Shown here in pieces: positions 40,213 through 53,905 of a DNA stretch of 64,000 nt. Each line of letters begins with the position of its first letter. Position 1 is the stretch's first letter. Source of the DNA: the human T2T-CHM13v2.0 reference genome, Homo sapiens; the NCBI RefSeq assembly GCF_009914755.1, contig NC_060930.1. One strand, 5' to 3'. A program made the position numbers and the translations under genes. The notes under the pieces are model-generated. The model saw only the letters and a program-made list of their open reading frames with translations, did no database searches and was not told the DNA's origin.

Positions 40213-41985
40213 GAGGGAAAAGACAGAAGGCAGACTGTGACAAATGAATTTAACTGTACTACAGATGAATTAGATAACCACAATGAAGAAGATGGAAAGA
40301 AAGTTGATGATCTCCATAACTTTAGAAAATGCTTTGGCTTAATAATGCAAGGCTAAGGACAAAAAATAAGTATATATAGACATAAACTTTAGTTGATACA
40401 TTTGTTTCTCAGAGGGGAAGGAGCCAGAAATTCTGAAACTACTTTATTTGTATATTAGGGTTGAGCAAGCAAGTAAATATGTTAGAATATAATGAGAACC
40501 AGGTTTCTCGCTGTCAATGAAAGAAGCTACAAACAACAAAAAAAGGAAGGATAAAATGAACCGTGGTGTTGTATAGGAGTTCTAGTTACCAATGTGGAAT
40601 CGTGGTTTCTTTAAAACACATCTATCTACATAAGTAGACATAGAAACAAATACAGATGTGTATAAGCATGACTTTTTATACATATGTATTTTTTATCTCT
40701 ATCTACTGAGAAAGCCAAAAGCAGCAGCACCCCAGTAGTCACAAATATCAGTGGCATCCAGATTTAGATCTATGAATATAATTTTTCAATTAAAAAGACA
40801 GGGCTCCTTGGAGGTCTACTTGACTCCAGGGTGAGGGTAAGAAAAATTTAGGAGAAGTCTGAAGTATCTGTGATGACAGAAAAAAGAAAGCACTTAAAAA
40901 ATAAGGGATAGAAGAGGGGAAACAAAGAAAAGAATGGAGCATATAAAAAACACACAGGAACCAACCTATCTGGGCACAATGGTGTGCACCTGTAGTCCCA
41001 GGCACTTAGAAGGCTAAAGTGGGAAGATCCCTTAAGCCCAGGAGTTCAAGCCCAGCTTGGGCAACAAAGCGAGACCCCATCTCTTAAAAACAAAGAAGCC
41101 AATATGAATGGTCAAAGTTGAAAAATATTGAATAAGAAAATAAATAATGATATTGTTAGATTATAATGAAAATAATCAGATAATATCCATGAGCTTACAC
41201 TAATGCAAATAAATTAATGGATTAATAAAATAAATAGAGGAAAATACCAACTCTTCAGAAAAAAATACAATTAATAAAGATAGAAGGAATGATAGAAATA
41301 TGATATTATTACTAGAATCTCAAAGGGATAATTGCTCCAGGTAAGATCCAGCAGTGAATGTTCAAATTAGTGGATAAAAAAATATTTTCCGAAACAGGAT
41401 ATTTGCATAGTCTCTAAGTGCCTCTCTCAAAATAATTAGGAACCACAAAGAGATAAATAGTAAATATACCATGGAGAGGCTAGCAGATACAACCTTAGTC
41501 AAGTGATCAAGGTGAGCCTCACCAGCAATGACTTATGTGATATGCCTCCTTCCCCTATATGATATTACCAAAGAGTACTTCACTTCTGTACTATTCTTAC
41601 CACATAATCCATAACCACTGCCTGAACATGGGAAAACATCACACAAATCATTTGGTGGACACTCTACAAAATAAATAATCAGTATTCTTCCAAATATCAG
41701 CGTCATGGATAAGGGAGCCTAAGGAATTGTCATAGAGTACCTAAAACCAAAGAGACATGTCACATAAATGCAATGTGGGATCCTGAACTGAATTCTGAAA
41801 CAAAGGAAAGGTCATTAGTGAAAGACAGTATTTTACCAATGTTAATTTCTTAGTTGTGATCAATATTCCATGTTAGATGTTAATGTAAGGGGAAACTAGG
41901 TAAGAGTATATAGGAATTATGTGTAGCATTTTTGCAACTCTTCTGTAATTCTGAAATTATTTCAATTTTTAAAGGTTTTACCTAT
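40213..41985 (+). mobile_element. L1MC-like 3'UTR, probably continuing the L1 split by the ERV
   Basis: Shares motifs with the 90-870 and 870-1760 segments; ends TTTTGCAACTCTTCTGTAATTCTGAAATTATTTC. Confidence 0.65.
40970..41095 (+). mobile_element. Free Alu monomer (FLAM)
   Basis: Single ~125-bp monomer CTGGGCAC...CCTGTAGTCCCAG...GAGACCCCATCTC followed by an A tail. Confidence 0.8.
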
Positions 41986-42894
41986 GAAAGGGATAAAGGA
42001 TTTAGGATTATGGGTCAGGGACAGCCATTAGATTTTTTTAATGAATACGTTTTGTGTAATTATGATTTTTGAACTATATGAAGCTATTAATAATTTAGAA
42101 CTAAATTTAATGTTTTAAAATAAATACAAATAAAAGGAGGTTTTTAAAAAAATTTATACTTTAGTTTCTAAATTGTATACAGGTTTTTCACATGGAATAT
42201 GATAAAATAATATGCACTATTAGAAAGAAAATATGTAAAAAGTATAACAAAATTAAAAGATTTATGTAGAGTTGGTGGCAGAAAGTATTCAAGCTTTGAG
42301 ACCTCATAACATCAAAATGAAGTTTCCATTGCTATTGTTTGTGAAGTACAAAAGTACATTACCAGCTATGTCAGACATAATTTAGAGATAATAGGAATAC
42401 CCTGCCTTAATTAAACTCTTAGTAAATGTTCAATGAATGAGTCACTGTCATGTTTCTCTGTCTCTTCTACAGACCTCAGTGGACTTGTTCCAAGGAAAAG
42501 GAAAGAGGGATGGAGCATGGTTTTATGGCAGCCTTTCCCCAGAATGAAATATACTTTGAGCACATGAGCTCATGAGCAGGAGAAAACTGATCGGAAGGAC
42601 ATGATGGCCATACAAACCTTGTCCTGTATATTTTCTAAAATTATATATCCATGTTCAGCTGAAAATTCAATTTCGAATACTGGGTTTGGTGCTGCAGTTT
42701 TTCAGTTATTTAATTGTATGGAATATTTAAATATTCCTTAAATTTGCTGGTGTCATTGCATACTAATTGCACTCTATTGTGTAAATTCTAATTTTAAAAT
42801 TTGACTAGATTTTTTAGTGAGGCTTTGCTATTGTCAAAGATGCTAAAGTGATTATATGCCTGGTGTCTCATCTGTGATGACAGCTGCTCTATAG

Positions 42895-42913
42895 CCCTGC
42901 CATCTAGTAGGCA
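42895..42913 (-). promoter_or_regulatory. CTCF-like motif
   Basis: Minus strand CTACTAGATGGCAG, one mismatch to the core consensus. Confidence 0.4.
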
Positions 42914-43062
42914 ATGATACCTTTAGGTTATATTATGCTTACTCTGATAATCTTAATTTACATGAATTAAAAATCAATTTGCCTCCAAACTCTAAAACAA
43001 TGAACTAGGACACATTTTTCCCATTGTATGCAGTTACTCCATGTGCTTAGGGAAATGTAGTA

Positions 43063-43360
43063 CAGTCAGCACTTCATATCTATGGGTTCCTCATCCATGG
43101 ATACAACCAATCATGGATTGAAAATATTTGAAAACAAAAAAAATTAAAAATAAGAATATAACAATAAACAATACAAATTAAAAACAATACAGTATGACAA
43201 TTATTTACATAGCATATAAATTCTTACATATAATTAGGAATTATAAGAAACATAGAGATGATTTAAAGTATACTGAAGGATATGCATAGGTTATATGTAA
43301 ATACTATGCCATTTTATATAAGGGACTTGAGTTTCCACAAATTTTGAATGCTGAGGGGTG
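43063..43360. mobile_element. MER2 (TcMar-Tigger)
   Basis: TACAGTCAGC...CATCCATGGATACAACCAA...GAGATGATTTAAAGTATA...CCATTTTATATAAGGGACTTGAG. Confidence 0.8.
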
Positions 43361-44009
43361 ACTATATTCTCAAGAAAGGCTAAATTATATATTCTTTAGT
43401 GCCAGGGTACTTTATAGTTACGGCATATAGTGATTTGCTCCACCTATTTGCCAATTCCCAAATCTAACTCTGCTCTCCCCATTAAGTTCGAGAATAGAGC
43501 TCTATCAGCTCTTTATAAAACTTGTCCAGCCTTCCTTCCACATAGTTATAAAGGATAAAGGATGATTTCTGACACAAAGGCTAGGGAAATATCTAAGTGC
43601 TTCTTCTTGATCAGTATTTCTTACACAGTCAAGGATATTTGGTTGGATTATTCCCTCTGATATGTCCTTTTTCTCAATCTGAATGAAAATTCCAGTTTAA
43701 AGTGATTTCTCTTGTTGGAAAACTGTACTCCTCTGCCAAATTTTTGTCCTATCCTCAAACTCCTACTTTGTGTTAAAGTACATTTTCATCATGTCTTGGT
43801 CTCTTTATGTCCTATGAAGAGGCTTTTTTGCTCGTGAATGTTTTTGCATGGTGGTGTTATTGTTACTGTTATCGTGTTTTCCTTTGTGTGTGTTAAATTC
43901 TTTGGTTCAATGAATAAGGATTTACAGATTAAGAATTCCTGAGTATGTTGAATCCCATATGCAAACTTGGTTGCCTTTTTGAAATGGCATTTTATTAAGC
44001 TAATAGTAA

Positions 44010-44344
<335 letters not shown>

Positions 44345-44799
44345 ATTCCATTTTATATATTTGGGATGGAACAATGTGTTACTACTATTTGATCTAGAGT
44401 CAGTGTTTAATGGAGTTCCAGGAGTTCTGTTCCTACAGAGCCATCCAAGGGCTGAAGGATCACTGTCTTATATCACATCCCTTCCCTACACAGCTGTAAC
44501 CCTACCACAGCACACCTTCTCTGATGCTCTGCTCCTGTATCCCTATTAGTTAATTTTCAAACACTCATGGAGGTTAGATATTACTATTTTCCCTGTTAAA
44601 CATCTCAGGTTCACTTCAGAGGCAGGAAACAGCCCCAATGAATCAGAGCAGGAAATCTTTTTGGAGCAAGTCTTGCAGACTCACTGCTGCAATGTGGAGA
44701 GATCTCAGGAGGCTCTAGATGAGGTGTGAGTGGCTGTGGTAGGAAAGAGGATCCCACTGAGTGGTTTTAGGTGAGAACTACCAATGAATGAGGAAGTAT

Positions 44800-45400
44800 T
44801 AATATATCATATTTCATTCAATCTCAAAAGGCATCAATCGTAGAATGAATCATTATTTTGCTTACTCCTGGTAAAATGTCACCAACTACATTGTCACAGT
44901 TTTTCTCATCACTGAGAATTGTTAGGTTATTCCATTGAAAGAACTGCTTTCAGACATTGAAATATATATTTCTATCATGTATCATTTTTGTGCATATACA
45001 GAATAAGAAAATTAATTGGTTAAGGTATTTCTAAAATTTCTTTACATTAAGAATCTCAGTCTTCTGAATCACTTTTCAACATAGTCATTAATTTCTGTAT
45101 TTTTCCATACAACATTATTATCTATCATCAAGACATAGCTAATATAATGTTTTCTAAAAGAGTGCTTCACTATTAACTCTGGTATTTTTTTCCCAAGGCA
45201 ATATTCTGCCAGCTTTTTCTCAAGATGCATAGAAACGTGAAGCAAGTGACAGCCACATCACCAATTTTATCCATAATTACAAAATGCAGCCCTATTTCAG
45301 TGATGTTCAAAGGTAACAAAGAAAAGTTTATCTTAGACCTGATAAAATATGATAAATTCAATATGCTTAACAGCTTGTATGACAGGTCTGCTGATGATCA
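44800..45400. mobile_element. Possible Kanga/MER104 (TcMar-Tc2) relic
   Basis: TATCATATTTCATTCAATCTC...CATCAATCGTAG...CATTATTTT resembles the Tc2-family terminus; the extent is a guess. Confidence 0.35.
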
Positions 45401-46202
45401 GCTTTGCCTGCATATTCATTATAGCTTGTGTTTACATAGTTCATTTTGTGTGAGGATATCAGAATATTTTTAAAATATTAATAATGCATAGTCTATTCAT
45501 AAATATTTAAAACCTATAAGTGATATTATGTTCATCTCAGAAATTTGGCAAAGATTAAAATTTCATTGTTTATCTACTAAGAGCCAGAATGAATATTACT
45601 AATCAATAGAATTTAAGATTAATTTGTGAATAAAGTTTGTGAGTCTAATTCTGGTAATCTGACTGGATATGGTAAATGAAAAAAAATCAAAATTATAGCC
45701 AAAAGTTTAAAAACTATAACAAAGGAAAATAAAGCTGTTGTTGTAAAAACTAATACAATAGCACAAAGTTGGTTTTTTTAAAGAGAAAAAATTTGAGAAA
45801 TGTTAGATACATTTAAAAAGTCGTGTAAGGGCATGAAACTAAGGGGTCAATGGAAGGAACTGTTTCATGTGGGACAGCATTCTAAAGCAATCCAAATGAT
45901 AAAACAATTCAAGGAAGTATTAAAATATCAATATGTAAGTACATTCCAGAAATAAGAAAAAGCAATAATGATACAGAATTTTGAATCAGTAATAGAAAGT
46001 ACAATATTAAGAATATCATGGAATGTGGGGAAAGAGAAGCAAGTGATTAAGTTGAAAGAGATAAACATGACAGATACATGGAGAAAGAAACAAGAAGACA
46101 CAGAATCACCAATGATATTAATAAAGATGCTATACTGCATTGAGGAAAATATGTTTACTTACTGAAAATGTTTACAAATTCAAGACCAATTAATAAGAAA
46201 AG

Positions 46203-47072
46203 ATATATATCATATATATCATATATGTATCATATATATCAATCATATATACCATGTATATATCATATATATCATATATACCATGTATATATCATATATA
46301 TCATGTATATATCATGTATATCATATATCATGTATATATCATGTATATCATATATCATGTATATATCATGTATATCATATATATCATGTATATATCATAT
46401 ATATCATATATATCATGTATATATCATATATATCATATATATCATGTATGTATCATATATATCATATATATCATGTATATCATGTATGTATCATATATAT
46501 CATATATATCATGTATGTATCATATATATCATATATATCATGTATGTATCATATATATCATATATATCATGTATATATCATATATATCATATATATCATA
46601 TATATCATGTATATATCATATATATCATATATATCATATATATCATGTATATATCATATATATCATATATATCATGTATATCATGTATATATCATATATA
46701 TCATGTATATCATGTATATATCATATATATCATGTATATCATGTCTATATCATATATATCATGTATATCATGTCTATATCATATATATCATATATATCAT
46801 GTCTATATCATATATATCATATATATCATGTCTATATCATATATATCATATATATCATGTATATATCATATATATCATATATATCATGTATATATCATAT
46901 ATATCATGTATATCATGTATATCATGTATATATCATATATATCATGTATATCATGTATATATCATATATATCATATATATCATGTATATATCATATATAT
47001 CATGTATATATCATATATATCATCTATATATCATATATATCATCTATATATCATATATATCATATATATCAT
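46203..47072. repeat. ~870-bp AT-rich compound tandem repeat (CATATATAT / CATGTATAT / CATGTATATAT units)
   Basis: Directly visible; 7-, 9- and 11-nt variant units. Confidence 0.97.
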
Positions 47073-49189
47073 ACAGCCTATCATGTTTGCTTGTTTTATT
47101 TCCAGGATAATTTGAAAAAATCTTATAAAAACTGATGCAGAAAAAAATAAAATAGATTGCCTTTAACAAAGGGACTGAAGTCAGTTAAATGTTTCTTTCA
47201 TCAGTACTCTATTACCAGATGATGGAGAAATGTTTGCTGAGTTTCAAGAAAATAAAGGTTGCAAAATCAGATTCCTATATCTAGCCTATTTGTTATTTAG
47301 GTGTAAGGTAAACAGGAAGATAGTCTTAGATGTGCAAGAATCTGTACATTAAAAAATACCAAAATTCTATTCAACTAAAAAGTTGGGAAGGATGTGTGCT
47401 AACAGGTTTACCATTGATATTCTTTGGGTGGAGGGATTATAGATAATTGTAGCTTCTTTATTCTGTTTTGAATTGTTATTTTCATTTGAAATTAAGTATG
47501 GATTGCTTTTATTTTAATAAATAAAAATAAAACTATTTTTATTTGTAGAAGAAATAAATTAGGTGCCCTAAGCAATGTAAAAATTATGATACTACACAGT
47601 TCTAAACTCAGAATTTATTTAATATTGCATAATATCTCTATTATTCACAAGGGAAACCAATTAGTTCAAATTTAGCAGCTATTGAGATTGTACTCTATCT
47701 CTTAAAAATAAGAATCATCCTAGATAAGACCTGCATGCCAAAACATAACTGAAGGCCTATTTAAATAAAGATATCTCATGTAGAGATTATGCTGAAGTAT
47801 CTGATTTATAAGCTCTTTAACTGTCTCAAGGAAGTTTCCTCAATATCTGGAAATTATAGCAAGTTAATGGGCATAGACAAGAAAAATTAGGTCGAACTTA
47901 TCCTCAAATTTGGAAAATGTACCAAAATGACAACATGTATTTTAGCCCTTAAAATAATGTTTACACATATTTTAATATGCTAGATAATATGCTGATTTAT
48001 AACCTGGCTCAAATTTTAATCTTTAGTAATTTATGTTGTACATCTATGGCTTTGTGATACTTGTTTTAAAAAATTGTATTTAGTAATAGGAACAAATCTC
48101 CTATGCGCAGCCTAGAAAATGTTTCCAGATAGAGTGAAATAATTTACATACTACAAATTTCTCCAAAATTTTATGTTCATATTGACTACACATTTGAGAA
48201 AATTGTGCTATTATCTCACAATAAAGACTAATACTTCTTAAAAATGAAATATCAGCTTAATTTGAAATTCCAGTTTTCTGAATACTGTATTTTAAAATTA
48301 TAACATTATTGTATCTATATTTAAATGTCATATTTCAACACAAATATTTCATACTTTGTTCAGTCATGAACCTGAAAAATATTATTGTTTACATGAAGAT
48401 TTTTTCTCCAGGTCACACTCTTAGCATGTTCTGGCCAATTTTACTGATTTAATAATGTAGTTTGAACATCAGCAAAACTGTATTATTCAATAGATAAATT
48501 TAATATTTACAAAGAAAATAAAGCAGAAATTATCATGCTCTATGGCTTTCTGAGGATGGGATCATAATAGTTTATTTTCACACAATAGATTTGGGGCCAA
48601 GCACTGTGCTGGATTCATAGTAGGAAGCTCAATAACTATTTGTACCATGAGTCAACAATAGCTATTCCAAAACAGAGCTGGGAGCATAAAATAAATACAT
48701 CATTGCTAGTCTGAAGATCTTTATGAAGGTGCTTTAAAACTTAATATAACCTGCCTCAGTGCAGTAAGCAACATGTCAGTCTCATAAAATTTATAAAATA
48801 TTCCTCAACAGTCATTACAAATTTCATCTGATATATAAAATTCATACATTACTTACTTTTTGAAGATCATTTTTAATGTTTTCATATAATGTTTCCACAT
48901 AAGTCTAAAGTTTTCCTATAAAAATCTTTTTCTATAACTCATTGAAATTATTTTGGTCTTATTTTTAAAATCATTGTTTTTATTCTTCAGTTTAGATCAA
49001 AATATGCAGCTTTAATTGCCATTTAGTAATGCCATTTATTCTCTTCAAGGGGACAGGTAGAATGGCAGTTATGAAAGCCAGAGGAAATCAAGATATTTGG
49101 CTTCTATGTGATCTTAGGTATATATAATTTATTACCTACTATCAGTTGATTGCCTGCATAATATCCATTCTTTCTTTTTCCTTATTAAG

Positions 49190-49510
49190 ATAAAACTTGG
49201 GTGATTTGCCCACCTCAAAAAGTACATTTATTCATCTTCTTTGTAGGGAAATAGAGTAATATAAAAGCAGAAGTTCTTGGGCAGATCCTGTTTTGCAATT
49301 AAAATGGCTGGTGTTCCTGCAGCCATCTTGCACAACAAGGAAGACTTGAGCATGGCAGCTCTCATGCTCAGGATGTTGAAGCAGAAAGACTGAAAGAGTC
49401 TGTGAAACTGTCATTCTAAATCTGTACTGCCTACCTCCAGACTTCTTTAACTCTAGTAGGTCACTGCAATTTCCAGACTATGAGTTAGCAGCCAAACACT
49501 GTTCCTAACT
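49190..49510 (+). mobile_element. Old MaLR LTR (MLT1J/K-like)
   Basis: GCAGCCATCTTG...GCAGAAAGA...GCCTACCTCCAGACTTCTT...GCAGCCAAACAC. Confidence 0.6.
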
Positions 49511-50850
49511 TTCTTAAAAGATAATATTGACACTTAGTGAGTACAGTATGATTATAGCCTAGTCATAAAATGCTTCCATTACCTTATTTTAAACATTAGT
49601 CATAAATGCTAACTGATATCCAAGGCTTGATTAAGAAGTAACTGTGTACACAGTTTCCTTCATTCTCGAAATAGCTTTGGAGCAGCAACGCATTAGGGCT
49701 TAGAAATCAGCAGTATATATTTCAAAACATTTATATTGAGCTAACCTACTAAACAATGTTTGATTAACCATGACGGATAAATCAATAACTTTTTTAAATG
49801 CAATTTGAAACTTACATGTTTAATTTAATTACGTGGTAAAATAAGTGCAGTAGAGTTATCTAGAATTTTCCTCTTTTCAATAAAAAATGCATATTTGAGT
49901 GATTTTTTTTATCATAATACACATTGTGTATTTTCTTTTTTTTTTACTTTGGAGAAAGTTATAAGATTATCTCATCAATAAAATCTTTTTTGTTCTTGAT
50001 TAAATAAGTGTTTATTAAGAACCTCCACACAGACAAAAGATGTAAAAGGCCTGATCCTAGACTGAGGGAATTCATGATATTGTCTCCAAATTGTGTGAGA
50101 AAAGTGCATAAGATCTTTTCTAATTATGTTATACTTTTGTTAATGCTGTCAACTTTTTTTCTAAGAAATGCCATTATAGATTGTGTCTATTACTTTCTAC
50201 CTGTAAAAAATTTGTGAAAATTGAAAACATGAGCTGATATTTTGGTGCTGTAGGCAATGCATCAACTAGAATCTTAGCTTTCACTAGACACTAGTCAAAA
50301 GCACTATTGGCTGGGATTTTCTTTTTAGGATTGAAAACAAAAATGTGAACACCAACTCCTTTCTCCTACTTCAATTCAAAACTTTGCCTAGAATTGAGTC
50401 TATTAAAAAGTGAGAGAGTAGTTTTGAATAAATAGTCAAGAATTATTTATTTTTGAGATCTTATTGGGAATAAGTAACTTTTAAACTTTTGGCATAAAAG
50501 ACAAGACAGTATTTCTTTCTAGCACATCCAGACATCTAAATCAATACATCACATTTTTCTTGTTTTAAAAATATAGTCCAAAATAACACATGCATTAGTG
50601 TTTTATACTTCCTCTCTTGAAAAAAAATTCAAGATGTTAAGGTCAAAATCATCTTCCAAAATGTATCAGTTTGTTATTTCTACAACAGAAAATGGTCTTT
50701 GGATTGGTGTGACATCTGTCCTTTAAGTTTGCAGTAATTTTAGTCTTCTACAATAAGCACACCATCACTTTGCGTTAGAAAAATTTTCAATTTCAGGTGA
50801 TCAGGGTGATTGAATCGTCTGGATTGAATAGGTTACCTATTGTCAAAAAT

Positions 50851-51239
50851 GATAGACTGGATTAAGAAAATGTGGCCCATATACACCATGGAATACTATG
50901 CAGCCATAAAAAGGATGAGTTCATGTCCTTTGTAGGGACATGGATGATGCTGGAAACCATCATTCTCAGCAAACTATTGCAAGGACAAAAAACCAAACAC
51001 TGCATGTTCTCATAGGTGGGAATTGAACAATGAAAACACATGGACACAGGAAAGGGAACATCACACACCAGGGCCTGTTGTGGGGTGGGGGGAGGGGGGA
51101 GGGATAGCATTAGGAGATATACCTAAATGTAAATGACGAGTTGATGGATGCAGCACACCAACATGGCACATGTATACATATGTAACAAACCTGCATGTTG
51201 TGCACATGTACCCTAAAACGTAAAGTATGATAAAAAAAA
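50851..51239 (+). mobile_element. 5'-truncated L1PA 3' end
   Basis: GATAGACTGGATTAAGAAAATGTGG...GGGGTGGGGGGAGGGGGGAGGGATAGCATTAGGAGATATACCTAA...TAAAGTATGATAAAAAAAA. Confidence 0.95.
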
Positions 51240-53310
51240 TCATTGCTTTAATAACACATTTTATTCTTAAGTCTTTTTGGTTTCAAATAAATATATAAGA
51301 TATGTTCTGTGGACAATATTAAATAGCTGCTAGTAAACATTTCAAAGTATGAAGACATGTTGACATTTTAAAAAAGGAAAAAAAATCTACCTCTTTTGGT
51401 TTTCAGTAGACTCTTGCCTAGTGCTCTGTAGATTCATATTTATTTCTGTTGCATTTAACAGTGTTCACTAGGATACTTTAACATATTCAGTTCTTGTTTT
51501 ATAAAAAAAGCACTCTTTGTACAAATAGCAAAGACATGTTGGTCAGATCAATTGACCAAAATAAAACGTACATTTACATATTATCAGTTCTTAAAAGAAA
51601 ACAATCAAGCATCAGTTAAAAATAAATATCAAAGAATAGAGGTAATTCCTGATATTTTTCTCTAAATTGTGTGATAAAAGCATATGAAATCTGTTTCAAT
51701 CATAAGTTTCAACTTGGTTCATTGTATCAATTTTTTCTCTAAGAGATGCCATTATAGATTGTACTTATTACTTTCTACCTGGGAAACCTATTTGAAAATT
51801 CTTTAAGTTTTAACTATAGAATAAAAATAAAGGTAAAAGTTTAAAAATTTGCTGATTATTTCATTTTTTATGGAAATTTATAGTCAGTATAATCCCAGAG
51901 CAATGTGCAAATATTTTCTTTTTGCTTATTCTTGGAAATATGTATGTTCATGCTTTCTGAGGAAAACTTATTTTTCCCATATGAAACTGCTCAATTTATC
52001 TGGAGAATAGTTTTTACCTGACTGCTTTGCTCATCTTCATACACACTGCACTTCCTTCTTTATTGACAGGCTGAATTCACCTGAACATAAAATTAAGTTT
52101 ATAATTAAATGATTGTATTTTTCTCTCTCATCTTCTAGTATTGGATTTAAAAGCTGTCATTGATCTTGTCTCCCTAAGCTATGAACAAAATTGTTAACCT
52201 ACTTTTCAAAAACACCATTGGTTCTACTCTGTGTGGCTTTGGTTTTTAAAACTATTCACTGTGCAAACTGGGGTGGATATAGTCCTTCAGAATTCAGCTG
52301 AGCTATTACTACAAAAACGTAAATGGGAAGTGAATATTTGGGTTAGCAATCAGATTTTCAAGAAACTTTTACACCTAATAAGTAACCATGTCTCAGCTAC
52401 TTTTTTTTTACGGGAGCATGTGTTTCATTTTTACTCTTTCTACTAAGGCTTCTGCAGATTTTTCAATATTCCTATATAAATTTATTTTCTTATACTTCAG
52501 ATGTCATCCCAAAACAATACAAATCCCATACTTATTTGTGAGAATAGTTTAGTTTTTAGCTTGTTGAATTTTTTTTTTTTTGCTCTGCTCTGTCTCATTT
52601 GGAATAAAATTAAGAAGAAAGAAAATCCCAAATACTATCTATTCCCTTTTCTTTCATTTATATAATCTCAGGTTGTTTGTTTGTTTGTTTGTTTATCTTC
52701 TCAATGATAAGAAACTGGTTTTTATTAAGACTGTATTTTATGTGCCATTTTCCAATAATGTGTGAAGTTAACATTTTCTTCTTCTATCGTCAACAGATTT
52801 GTGATCCATTCAAGTCCATTTATTTGACTTAGCCTCACAGATACTTCCTCAATTTTCCCTTCCACCAAGTTAGGATCAATAGCATCTCCTGGGCATGGAG
52901 CTGTCTTGGCAGTCTCTGATCACTGAGCTTTCTCAGGAAGTACTCTGTCTTTTTGAGCAGAAGGATTTTTATATTAAGGTGAGTAGTCTAACCAGGATAA
53001 ATCATTCTTTACTCACTTTTGAGGAAGTGTATTTTGGAGGTGTTTTTTGGTCTTTACTTTTTTAAGTTTTTCAGATATTCTGCTTTATACACAAGAATAT
53101 GTGTTTCCCAGATTCTCTTCTTAAGTAGGAGAAAAAAGAATGTGAGCAACATGTTGTAATAATTAGGAATCTGTGTGTTGTCTACTGGCTAGCTTGTTAC
53201 AAGGCTTAGGATACCACTACTTAATAGTTCTTATTTTTTAATTCCTTCTTCAGCATTCATTCATGATTATTGACCCTTACCTCTTATGCTTAAGAAGGAG
53301 TGTGCCAGCT

Positions 53311-53622
53311 GGCCAGGTGGGGTGGTTCATGCCTGTAATTCCAACATTTAGGGAGGCCAAGGCCAGTGGATCACTTGAGGTCAGGAGTTCAAGACCAGCC
53401 TGGCCAACATGGCGAAGCCCCATCTCTACTTAAAAAAAAAAAAAAAAAATTACCTGGATGTGGTGGTGGGTGCCTATAATCTCAGCTACTCAGCAGGCTG
53501 AGGCATGAGAATTGCTTGAACCTGCGAGGCAGAGAGATTGCAGTGAACCGAAATCGGGCCACTACACTCCAGCCCAGGCAAGAAGAGCAAAACTCCATCA
53601 CACACACACACACACACAAAAA
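53311..53622 (+). mobile_element. AluS with expanded mid A-tract and (CA)n tail
   Basis: GGCCAGGTG start; dimer; tail replaced by (CA)10. Confidence 0.9.
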
Positions 53623-53684
53623 CATGCCAATGGGAAAATTGATTAAAGTCCCAAAAGTCATTATCAATTCTACCAATGTCTACG

Positions 53685-53905
53685 TCAGAGATTGGCCAAC
53701 TGTAACTCATAGGTCGATTCTAGCCCACTGACTGTTCTGTGAAAAAGTTTTATTGGAACACAACTATGCTATATACAAGATTGTATATAGCTACTTTTGT
53801 GCTAGTGTCAGAGTTGAGTAGGTGTGACTGAGAATGCAAAGACTTGAAAAGCCTAAAATATTTATCATCTGAACTTTTAGGGAAAAAAAATGTTTGCTGA
53901 CCCCT
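53685..53905. mobile_element. MER58A (hAT-Charlie)
   Basis: AAAGTTTTATTGGAACACA...AGAGTTGAGTAG...AAAGCCTAAAATATTTA...TTTGCTGACCCCT. Confidence 0.75.

Noticed and set aside
46168-47135. Three overlapping 275-315 aa ORFs rich in Y/I/H/S
   Set aside because: These are translations of the tandem repeat, which has no stop triplets on the plus strand.
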